NCBI GenBank assembly: GCA_017538085.1 | Contig: JAFYJP010000195.1 | Coordinates: 1-41,408, forward strand | Source: Bacteroidales bacterium | GTDB taxonomy: Bacteria; Bacteroidota; Bacteroidia; Bacteroidales; BM520 | Direction of reading: 5' to 3' | DNA: 41,408 nt | In this document: positions 17,216 to 25,627 of the stretch, piece by piece | Numbering within the stretch: the first letter of the stretch is position 1 | Layout of the letters: the number at the start of each line of letters is the position of its first letter | Notes under the pieces: model-generated | The model's database searches: none | Told to the model about the DNA's origin: nothing | What the model saw: only the letters and a program-made list of their open reading frames with translations | Position numbers and translations under genes: made by a program

Positions 17216-19339
17216 ATGAAAATCAAATCATTACTCACCATTGCAATCGCAATATTAGCATCAATGCTCACACAGGCAAAAACTGTGGATATTATCACTG
17301 CTGAAAAAGTGGCAAGGAACTACTATTATCAGGAACAGAACTTTTATGCCACACCTATTAATTACAATGAAATAAATATAATTAACAGATTTGTTGAATC
17401 AAGAAACGGTGCCAATCTTCTGTACATCTTTGAAATACAGGGAGATGGTTTCATTGTCGTTTCTGCGGAGGATGTCATGACTCCTGTCATCGCACACATC
17501 ACCAAGAACGAGCCATGGAATCTGGAAAATGCCAATCCGGAATTCAAATATGTTATGGACGAATATCTCGACATGGTAGAATACACCCGTGAGAATTCGC
17601 TGCCTCAGGAAGCCGAAGTGGCAGCCGCATGGGCTTTATACACAACCGATGACGTTGCAACACTTATCTCCTCAAAAGAAGACAGAGACGAAATCAGCCC
17701 GTTACTGCATACCCTTTGGAATCAAGATTATCCATACAACTATTACTGCCCAGCTGCTTCAGGCGGTCCCGGAGGAAGATGCTACGCTGGATGTGTGGCT
17801 ACTGCAATGTCGGTTCTGATGGAATACTGGAGATGGCCGGAACATGGAAGAGGAACAACAACTTTCTATTCATCAATCGGCGGTTTTCTTATTGCAGACT
17901 ACGAGAACACCTATTACGACTGGGATGGAATGCTGACATCAATATCCCAAAACAGTGAAGATTGTGCAATATTTGCCAATGCACTACTTCAATATCATTG
18001 TGGTATCGGGGTGCAGATGAATTACGGTCCGGACGGTTCCGGTGCTTACTCATTTACTGTTCCTTATGTTATGAAGACTTTCTTCAGGTATTCGGAAGAC
18101 ATCGACATTATATCAAAAGATAACGGTTACACACAAGAGCAGTGGAACGAAATAATCTATGATGAACTATCACAGAAGCATGTACTCTACTATTCCGGTT
18201 GCAGTGAAAGCGGCTGTCATGCCTTCAACTGCGATGGATGGCGTAACACGTCCGGAACAGATTACCACCATTTCAACTTCAACTGGGGCGGTTCGGGCAA
18301 CGGCTGGTATGTCTCAACCAATCCAGGCGGGTTCAACACCAGTAACAACCTTATCATCAACGCCGTACCTGACACCGTCAACGAAACCTACCCGATGTAT
18401 GCATCCGGCCAGAAAGTTCTGACCGACAGAGTAGGCAGAGTCATGGACGGAAGCGGTCCTGTCAACAACTACATTCCTACTGAAGCTTCATGGCTAATCG
18501 ACCCGGCAAACGACCCGGCCGATTCAGTGGTAAACATTACAGTATCATGGGAATTCTTCAAACTTGCTGCGGGCGACTATGTAAGGATTTATGATGGTGC
18601 CACTACCGATGACCAGTTACTCGGCGAATACACTGGCACATCGCTGCCAGGCTCAGTAACTTCAACCGGCAAACAACTCCTCATAACCTTCTCGGCAGTA
18701 GGCTCAGGTGAAGGCTTCACTTTCATATACACTTCAACACGTCCTACATACTGCTCCGGACTGACTCAGATAACCGATGACCCATGTACAATTGAAGTGG
18801 CTCCTGAAGGAATGTACTACCAGCCCTTATCATTGTGCAGATACAAAGTGAATTATGGTAAACTTGGTGTTAAAATAACATTCGACTACATCGACACATA
18901 CGACGAAGACGACATCCTTCAAATTTATGACAGCAAAACCGATGAACTGTACACATTCTACGGAAGTGAAAAACCTGAAGACCTGTACATTGAAGGCTAC
19001 GCTCTAATAACTTTCAAATCCGACAATTTCAACTCAAGCAATTACGGATTCAGACTCACATGCACTTCATGGGACGGCATTGAAGTCTGTGACGATCAAT
19101 CTTCCGATATTGTGCTGTATCCTAACCCTGCTTCTGAGACAGTAAGAATTGACCTGACTGCCAATAACGATTTTGAATGCAAATTAATCAATCCGCAGGG
19201 TGCCGTAGTTTATTCCGAAATGTTTGAGGCGTCAACCAGCAATATCAACCTCAACATCTCAAACCTCCCAAAGGGCGTTTATGTTTTGCAACTAATTAAT
19301 AATGAGGGCGTTTTAACAAAGAAGCTCATTATCGAATAA
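17216..19339 (+). CDS. C10 family (streptopain/SpeB-like) cysteine protease with Spi/I69-like prodomain, two CUB domains and T9SS CTD
   Basis: GFIVVSAED prodomain, WNQDYPYN, AGCVATAM (C193), CHAFNCDG (H335), FNFNWGG, CUB-like DYVRIYDG...LLGEYTG...VTSTG, C-terminal LYPNPA...LPKGVYVL...KKLIIE. Confidence 0.9.
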   Translation: MKIKSLLTIAIAILASMLTQAKTVDIITAEKVARNYYYQEQNFYATPINYNEINIINRFVESRNGANLLYIFEIQGDGFIVVSAEDVMTPVIAHITKNEPWNLENANPEFKYVMDEYLDMVEYTRENSLPQEAEVAAAWALYTTDDVATLISSKEDRDEISPLLHTLWNQDYPYNYYCPAASGGPGGRCYAGCVATAMSVLMEYWRWPEHGRGTTTFYSSIGGFLIADYENTYYDWDGMLTSISQNSEDCAIFANALLQYHCGIGVQMNYGPDGSGAYSFTVPYVMKTFFRYSEDIDIISKDNGYTQEQWNEIIYDELSQKHVLYYSGCSESGCHAFNCDGWRNTSGTDYHHFNFNWGGSGNGWYVSTNPGGFNTSNNLIINAVPDTVNETYPMYASGQKVLTDRVGRVMDGSGPVNNYIPTEASWLIDPANDPADSVVNITVSWEFFKLAAGDYVRIYDGATTDDQLLGEYTGTSLPGSVTSTGKQLLITFSAVGSGEGFTFIYTSTRPTYCSGLTQITDDPCTIEVAPEGMYYQPLSLCRYKVNYGKLGVKITFDYIDTYDEDDILQIYDSKTDELYTFYGSEKPEDLYIEGYALITFKSDNFNSSNYGFRLTCTSWDGIEVCDDQSSDIVLYPNPASETVRIDLTANNDFECKLINPQGAVVYSEMFEASTSNINLNISNLPKGVYVLQLINNEGVLTKKLIIE

Positions 19340-19344
19340 TTTTA

Positions 19345-19352
19345 TAAATTTG
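19345..19352 (+). promoter_or_regulatory. -7 promoter element for the second C10 protease
   Basis: TAAATTTG(C) in the 57-nt intergenic gap. Confidence 0.5.
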
Positions 19353-19396
19353 CAAATTCTTAATTATAAAAATTATTTAATCAAAACAATATTAAA

Positions 19397-21523
19397 ATGA
19401 AATTCAAATCATTACTCACATTCAGCTTAATTGCGTTATCGGCAATAGGTGTATCAGCAAAAAGCGTTGACAAGACAACAGCCGAAAAAGTCGCAAGAAA
19501 TTATTATTTTCAGCAGGCACATTATTTCGATACTCCAATATCGATTGATGCCATCAATTTTTCTGATTCATACGTAAAAAGTATTGATGACATACCCGTT
19601 ATGTATGTTTTCGACATTGAAGGCGGCGGTTTTGTTCTTGTATCTGCCGATGATGCCATGTATCCTGTATTGGGATATTGTTATGAAGAAGGTGTTAAAT
19701 TTGACATCGAGTCCCAGGGACACAATTACAAGTCATTTATTTCCAGTATGATGTATGGAATAAAAGATCTTATTACATCAAAAGCAAAGCAGGAGCCGGC
19801 AGTTGCTGAAGAATGGAAAACTTACTCAACTGACAATGCAACAGAATTAATTACTGCAAAAGACGATATTGAAGTAGGTCCTCTAATCACAGCCACATGG
19901 AATCAGGATTATCCTTACAACTATTACGCTCCATTATGCAGTGCAGGCGGCTCAGGCGGAAGATGTTACGCAGGCTGTGTGGCTACTGCTATGGCCGTTC
20001 AGATGTTCTACTGGGGTTATCCATACGTCGGTGAAGGGTCTTCAAATTACTATTGCAGCGGTTATGGTATGCAGAGCGCTTACTACAATGAAGCATATTA
20101 TGACTGGAAGGCAATGCCTACATCAATTACCAAGAACGATGAAACTGATGCAGTGCTGAACATAGCTCTCATACAGTATCACTGCGGTGTTAGTGTAAGA
20201 ATGCAGTTTGACCCGAATGGTTCAGGTGCTTATTCCGGTGATGTTCCTGGAGCTCTGCACGATCACTTCAAATATCCGTACGCAACATACGTCCAGAAAT
20301 CCAATACTAACACATGGGAAACCATGCTGATTGATCAGCTTGACAGCGGTTATCCTTTATATTACAGCGGCCATAGTCCTTCAGAAGGCGGTCACGCATT
20401 CAATTGCGACGGATATCGTGTGGTTGGAAACAACAAAACTTTCCACTTCAACTTCAACTGGGGTGGATATAAGAATTCCTGGTACACTTCAAGTTCTCCA
20501 GACGGTTTCTCACAGGACCAGGCTGTTGTTAAAGATTTCTACCCTGACGCTACAGATTATCCAACATATTTCGAAAACGTGGAAGTCACCTCCAAAGTAG
20601 GAAGAATCGATGATGGCTCAGGCCCTGTAGAAGACTATCTTCCAGGAACATACAACACTTGGCTCATCAATCCGCAATCAGACTATGACACCATCAAAAC
20701 CATCACACTGTCATGGGAATCATTTAACATTGCAGAAGGAGATGTGGTAAACGTTTATGATGGCAGCGATACTAACGCAGAACTTCTCGCTTCTTACACA
20801 AGCGGTGAAACACCAGGCTCGGTGACTTCAACAGGAAACAAGATGTTCGTTGAATTCTACGGCAATAATTCAGCTCCGGGATTCGTATTCACTTACACTA
20901 CCTCCAGACAGAAATATTGCAATACCTCTACTCCTTTAAGTTCAATTTACGGTACCATCGTCAGCAATCCTGATGACAAGCACTACAATCCTAAAACCCT
21001 GTGCCGTTGGAACTGTGTTTATCCTGAATCAACAGACGGTGGATATATCAAGTTCAACTACCTTAACACTTACGATGAAAATGATTTCGTATCCATAACC
21101 GATTTTGACACAGAAGAGACCTACATATTCTACGGCAATACAACACCGGATGAACTTATAAACTATGGGAATAAAGGCTTCCAGCTGGTATTCAGAACCG
21201 ATGGCTTCATCGAAGAAGGCAACGGATTCTCAGTTTATTTTGCCGACTGGAGTTACGATGGCATGAGAGAATTCGGGCTTGATGATATCAGAATATATCC
21301 GAATCCTGCAACAGACAAACTATACATCACCATTCCAAATATAGAGGAACAGGAAATCAAATACCAGATAGTCAACTCCAATGGCATGATAGTTGCTGAA
21401 GACACTTTATGCAGCTCTGACATTACAAGCAGCATAAATATCAGTTCATTACCGGCAGGTGTTTATGTCGTCAGATTCAGCAGCAACACTGGTGTGGCCA
21501 CAAAGAAATTTGTTGTAGAATGA
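19397..21523 (+). CDS. C10 family cysteine protease paralog with prodomain, two CUB domains and T9SS CTD
   Basis: GGFVLVSADD, WNQDYPYN, AGCVATAM (C194), GGHAFNCDG (H333), HFNFNWGG, CUB repeats, IYPNPA...LPAGVYVV...KKFVVE. Confidence 0.9.
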   Translation: MKFKSLLTFSLIALSAIGVSAKSVDKTTAEKVARNYYFQQAHYFDTPISIDAINFSDSYVKSIDDIPVMYVFDIEGGGFVLVSADDAMYPVLGYCYEEGVKFDIESQGHNYKSFISSMMYGIKDLITSKAKQEPAVAEEWKTYSTDNATELITAKDDIEVGPLITATWNQDYPYNYYAPLCSAGGSGGRCYAGCVATAMAVQMFYWGYPYVGEGSSNYYCSGYGMQSAYYNEAYYDWKAMPTSITKNDETDAVLNIALIQYHCGVSVRMQFDPNGSGAYSGDVPGALHDHFKYPYATYVQKSNTNTWETMLIDQLDSGYPLYYSGHSPSEGGHAFNCDGYRVVGNNKTFHFNFNWGGYKNSWYTSSSPDGFSQDQAVVKDFYPDATDYPTYFENVEVTSKVGRIDDGSGPVEDYLPGTYNTWLINPQSDYDTIKTITLSWESFNIAEGDVVNVYDGSDTNAELLASYTSGETPGSVTSTGNKMFVEFYGNNSAPGFVFTYTTSRQKYCNTSTPLSSIYGTIVSNPDDKHYNPKTLCRWNCVYPESTDGGYIKFNYLNTYDENDFVSITDFDTEETYIFYGNTTPDELINYGNKGFQLVFRTDGFIEEGNGFSVYFADWSYDGMREFGLDDIRIYPNPATDKLYITIPNIEEQEIKYQIVNSNGMIVAEDTLCSSDITSSINISSLPAGVYVVRFSSNTGVATKKFVVE

Positions 21524-21972
21524 AAAAAGCATTAATAACACTTGTTACAGTTTTCGTATGTCTGACATCAAACATTGCCTTCGGGCAAGATGTCAAAGAC
21601 GTTGAAATAGTGCATCTTACAAAAGAGATGTTCCTGAAGGAGATATGGAATTATGAGAAGAATCCTCAGGAATTCATATATGAAGGCAAAAAACCATGCA
21701 TCATAGATTTCTATGCTTCGTGGTGCGGCCCTTGCCGTATGTTTTCAACCACCCTTCAGCAAATAGCCAACGAATACAAAGGAAAAGTGATTTGTTATAA
21801 AGTCAACACCGAAGAACAAAAAGAACTATCCGCCATATTCGGGGTAAGAAGCATTCCGGCTATTCTCTTCGTCCCCAAAAAGGGCAAACCGCAGATGGGC
21901 ATGGGAAATCTCCCAAAAGAAACTGTAATTCAAGCCATCAACGAAGTTCTACTGACTGAAAACAAAAAATAA
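21520..21972 (+). CDS. Thioredoxin with N-terminal signal peptide
   Basis: DFYASWCGPC, cis-Pro SIPA and signal peptide MKKALITL...AFG-Q; ATGA overlap with the upstream protease. Confidence 0.9.
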   Translation: MKKALITLVTVFVCLTSNIAFGQDVKDVEIVHLTKEMFLKEIWNYEKNPQEFIYEGKKPCIIDFYASWCGPCRMFSTTLQQIANEYKGKVICYKVNTEEQKELSAIFGVRSIPAILFVPKKGKPQMGMGNLPKETVIQAINEVLLTENKK

Positions 21973-21974
21973 TT

Positions 21975-22550
21975 GTGACTATCTTACCAGTTACATATTT
22001 TGGACCTGTCGGCTGGTGGAACAAACTCGATGTCTCAGACTCAACAGTATTTGACATCAACGAAAACTACATCAAACAAACATATCGCAACCGTTGCAGG
22101 ATTCTTTCCTGCAACGGTTTGCTTACTTTATCAATACCGGTAAAAAAAGTTGACGGAAACCACACACTGCTGAAAAACATGCGCATCGACAACAACCAAA
22201 ACTGGCAAATACGGCACTACAGAGCAGTGTTAAGCGCATACAAGGCCTCGGCCTTCTTCGATTACTATATTGACGACATCATACACATCTGGCAGAAACA
22301 TTACGATTTTCTTGCAGATGTCTGCATAGACTCCTACGAAACCATCTGCAATATCATGGACAAACATTATGAAGCGACATTTTCCCCATCATATATAATT
22401 CCTGATAAAACAGATATCGATTTACGCAAAGACGAGGAATTTGATTTCGGACCATTTGACGAATATTGTCAGGTTTTTTCCGACAGATTCAGTTTCTTCC
22501 CAAACTTAAGCATTATTGACTTATTATTTAACAATGGAACCTCAAAATAA
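21975..22550 (+). CDS. WbqC family protein
   Basis: ENYIKQTYRNRC.I...G...LSIPV, AY..S.FF.YY, Y.QVF...F.PNLSIIDLLFN; GTG start. Confidence 0.9.
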   Translation: MTILPVTYFGPVGWWNKLDVSDSTVFDINENYIKQTYRNRCRILSCNGLLTLSIPVKKVDGNHTLLKNMRIDNNQNWQIRHYRAVLSAYKASAFFDYYIDDIIHIWQKHYDFLADVCIDSYETICNIMDKHYEATFSPSYIIPDKTDIDLRKDEEFDFGPFDEYCQVFSDRFSFFPNLSIIDLLFNNGTSK

Positions 22551-24654
22551 CAACAGCACAACTAACAACGACACAGAAAAGTCGGAATTATCATGGAAGG
22601 ATTTCCGCGACAGAATGCAAACCGGAACTTTAGGTCTGGTCGTCAGAACCATAATACTTCTGACCATAATTGCCATTGCGATGAACGTTATTCCTGACAT
22701 AACCACATTCAATTACAAATATGAAATCGGCGGCACATGGAATTATCCGACTCTCGAAGCACCTATAAGTTTCCCGTTATACAAGTCAAGTGAACAACTG
22801 ATAAGGGAAAAGAAAGAAATTTCAAAAAACGTCAAACCTTTCTATATTTTTGATGAAAATCTGACAAACCAACAAATAAACAATTTCAGAACCGCCATCA
22901 GAACAGTTGACAAAAACAACCATCACACCACCCAAATTGACAATATTATATCAACTTTCACCGACATACTCAATACAGGTGTGATTAAACTGGATGATGA
23001 AATTGCCTACAAAGATTCGACTTATATAATCTGTCTTGAAAAAGGAAAAAACGTATCTTACTCATTCTTAGGACAATTATATACTACCGAAAAAGCTTAT
23101 TCACATATCCTATCCAAAGCCAAAAACCTTCCAAATGACATTGCACTGTCGATTGAAAAGATAGTTCTTGAAAACCTCCGTGAAAATATAACTCTTGACA
23201 AAAACAAGACGGATGCCATTATAAATGAAAGATATAAAAATCTTTCCGAGACTTACGGATTAGTGTCGAGAGGTTCCCTGATTGTCACAGAAGATGAAAT
23301 AATAACGTACGACACATACAACAAACTCAATTCTCTTAAGACCTACTACGAAAATAATCACAGAAAAAACGATTCGATAAATGTCCGTATTGCCAACTTC
23401 CTGTTTTTTAGCATCATCATCCTGGCATTCTACCTATATCTGTACATCTACGAGAAGAATTTGCTGTTAAACTGGCAAAACTTTCATCTGATTACCATCG
23501 TAATAGGTGTAACTGTATTTCTCGCAGTCTTACTCCAATGGTTCAATCACAAGTATGTGTATATAGTCCCGATATGTATCATACCAATCATACTACGAGC
23601 GTTTTATGACAACAAAGTTGCCTTATGGGGACTTTTACTGACGACTTTGCTGATAGCGGTTGTAACCTCAGGCGGATTCAATTACATAATAGTGACCATA
23701 GTCACAGGAATCATCACGATTGCATGCATTTCCAAAATCGAAAGACGCGGACAATATTTCGCAATTATCTTTCCAATTGTCATGTCATACGTTGGATTGA
23801 CAATCCTCAGCGAAATCATTACAACAGGCAAAATTATTCATCTCAACACCCCTATTCTTTTATACTATATCATTAATGCAGGGTTGACTCTGACGGCAAT
23901 GCCGCTCGTTTTTTTCATCGAAAAGCTGTCGGGAAAAACCACCGACATAAGTCTCATAGAGTATGCCAACACCAACAACAAGCTATTACGGCAGTTCAGT
24001 GAAGTGGCTCCAGGCACGTTTGAGCACAGCATACAAGTTGCAAACCTCTCAGAAAGAGCCGCACGCAAAATAGGCGCAAATGTCCTTATGGTTCGCGCAG
24101 GCGCATTGTATCATGATATAGGCAAAATGTCCCGTCCGAACTATTTTACAGAAAATCAAGCCAAAAGCAGTAATCCGCACGATGAGCTCAATGACCCTAA
24201 GAAAAGCGCAGACATCATATTCAAACACGTATCAGATGGAGTTGAAATGGCGAAGAGGAACCGCATTCCGAAAGACATCGCAGGTTTTATTTCCACACAC
24301 CACGGAACACGCCTGCACCGCTTCTTCTACAATAAAGCAGTTGAATTGTACGGAAAGGAAAATGTGAACGAAAACGATTACCGTTATCCTGGCAACAATA
24401 AGCCAAACTCTCGCGAGACGGCTATCGTAATGATGGCTGATTCAGTTCAGGCAGCATCGAAATCCTGGGACGACATAGCCGACTCCAATGCCGCCATACA
24501 GCGGATTAAAAACACCGTCAATTCAATCATTGACGCTCAAATTGCTGAAAACCAATTCATTAATACCGAGCTCACATTCAAGGACATCAATGAGATAAAA
24601 GCGACATTCATTGATTATCTGATAGATATTATGCATAAAAGAATTAGATATTGA
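22534..24654 (+). CDS. 7TM-HD (HDIG) phosphohydrolase, PgpH-like cyclic dinucleotide phosphodiesterase
   Basis: N-terminal TM, extracytoplasmic domain and about 7 TM, then APGTFEHS, GALYHDIGK, YFTENQ, NPHD, HHGT, RYPG, MMADS. Confidence 0.88.
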   Translation: MEPQNNNSTTNNDTEKSELSWKDFRDRMQTGTLGLVVRTIILLTIIAIAMNVIPDITTFNYKYEIGGTWNYPTLEAPISFPLYKSSEQLIREKKEISKNVKPFYIFDENLTNQQINNFRTAIRTVDKNNHHTTQIDNIISTFTDILNTGVIKLDDEIAYKDSTYIICLEKGKNVSYSFLGQLYTTEKAYSHILSKAKNLPNDIALSIEKIVLENLRENITLDKNKTDAIINERYKNLSETYGLVSRGSLIVTEDEIITYDTYNKLNSLKTYYENNHRKNDSINVRIANFLFFSIIILAFYLYLYIYEKNLLLNWQNFHLITIVIGVTVFLAVLLQWFNHKYVYIVPICIIPIILRAFYDNKVALWGLLLTTLLIAVVTSGGFNYIIVTIVTGIITIACISKIERRGQYFAIIFPIVMSYVGLTILSEIITTGKIIHLNTPILLYYIINAGLTLTAMPLVFFIEKLSGKTTDISLIEYANTNNKLLRQFSEVAPGTFEHSIQVANLSERAARKIGANVLMVRAGALYHDIGKMSRPNYFTENQAKSSNPHDELNDPKKSADIIFKHVSDGVEMAKRNRIPKDIAGFISTHHGTRLHRFFYNKAVELYGKENVNENDYRYPGNNKPNSRETAIVMMADSVQAASKSWDDIADSNAAIQRIKNTVNSIIDAQIAENQFINTELTFKDINEIKATFIDYLIDIMHKRIRY

Positions 24655-24662
24655 ACAAAAAA

Positions 24663-25412
24663 ATGTTAGGAATATCACTTCTCCCCCAAATACCAATGCG
24701 CGCAGAAAAATCACATCGCGCAGAAATGGTCTCACAGATTCTCTTCGGTGAAACATACGAAGTAATTGAATACAGCGAAGGCTGGATGCATGTCAAAACA
24801 TATTTCGACTCATATAAAGGCTGGATTGATGCACGACAGTTCACCAATTATACCGACAACCGACAAGAATCCATGACCGTCAAAGACAAGATGATAACTG
24901 TTGCTGATGAAAACAACAATGAGTTCATAATATCTGCCGGCAGCATAATTACAGTCCCTGACAAAAACGGACGCTTCAATGTCAACGGACACAATTTTAC
25001 TGTTAAAGGTACCTTTAGCACCATATCGGGGACAATTCTGGAAACGGCAAAAAAATTCATCGGTTGCCCATATCTTTGGGGCGGTAAAACATTCATGGGA
25101 TTCGACTGTTCAGGTTTCGTTCAGACTGTCTTTAAATTATGTGACATAAATCTTCCGAGAGATGCATCACAACAAGTGAACATAGGTGAAACTCTAAGCA
25201 TAGTCCAGGAAGCCAAAGGAGGGGAACTCGCATTTTTCGGTGATGAGGAAAGCATCACTCATGTGGGAATACTCGTGGACTCTGAGAACATAATTCACTG
25301 CAGCGGTAAAGTAAAAGTGGAACGCATCGACAACAATGGTGTTTTCAATGGCAATGAATACACTCATTTGCTAAGGACCATCAAGGTTATTAACAGCATT
25401 ATTAACATTTAG
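24663..25412 (+). CDS. SH3 + NlpC/P60 (C40) peptidoglycan peptidase
   Basis: EMVSQILFGE (SH3), PYLWGG...DCSGF, LPRDASQQ, HVGI, IIH. An alternative TTG start lies at 24651. Confidence 0.92.
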   Translation: MLGISLLPQIPMRAEKSHRAEMVSQILFGETYEVIEYSEGWMHVKTYFDSYKGWIDARQFTNYTDNRQESMTVKDKMITVADENNNEFIISAGSIITVPDKNGRFNVNGHNFTVKGTFSTISGTILETAKKFIGCPYLWGGKTFMGFDCSGFVQTVFKLCDINLPRDASQQVNIGETLSIVQEAKGGELAFFGDEESITHVGILVDSENIIHCSGKVKVERIDNNGVFNGNEYTHLLRTIKVINSIINI

Positions 25413-25627
25413 CCCCCTATTTTAAATCAAGAATCTAACATTCAATGTATTACAATTAGCACACCCCTTGTTAATAATGATTTTAAGACAAAACAACAAT
25501 TTTTTTTTAAATTTTAACTACTTTAGCGACCAAAGAAATAGGGCTTAAAAAGTATTCAATAAATAAGATAAGTAATTCAAAAATAAAGAGTTAGAAAAAA
25601 GTTTAAGTATTAATTAAATCTTTAAGT

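Noticed and set aside
25473-25491. Fur box upstream of the TonB-dependent receptor
   Set aside because: Only about 10 of 19 positions match, essentially one half-site, in a very AT-rich region.
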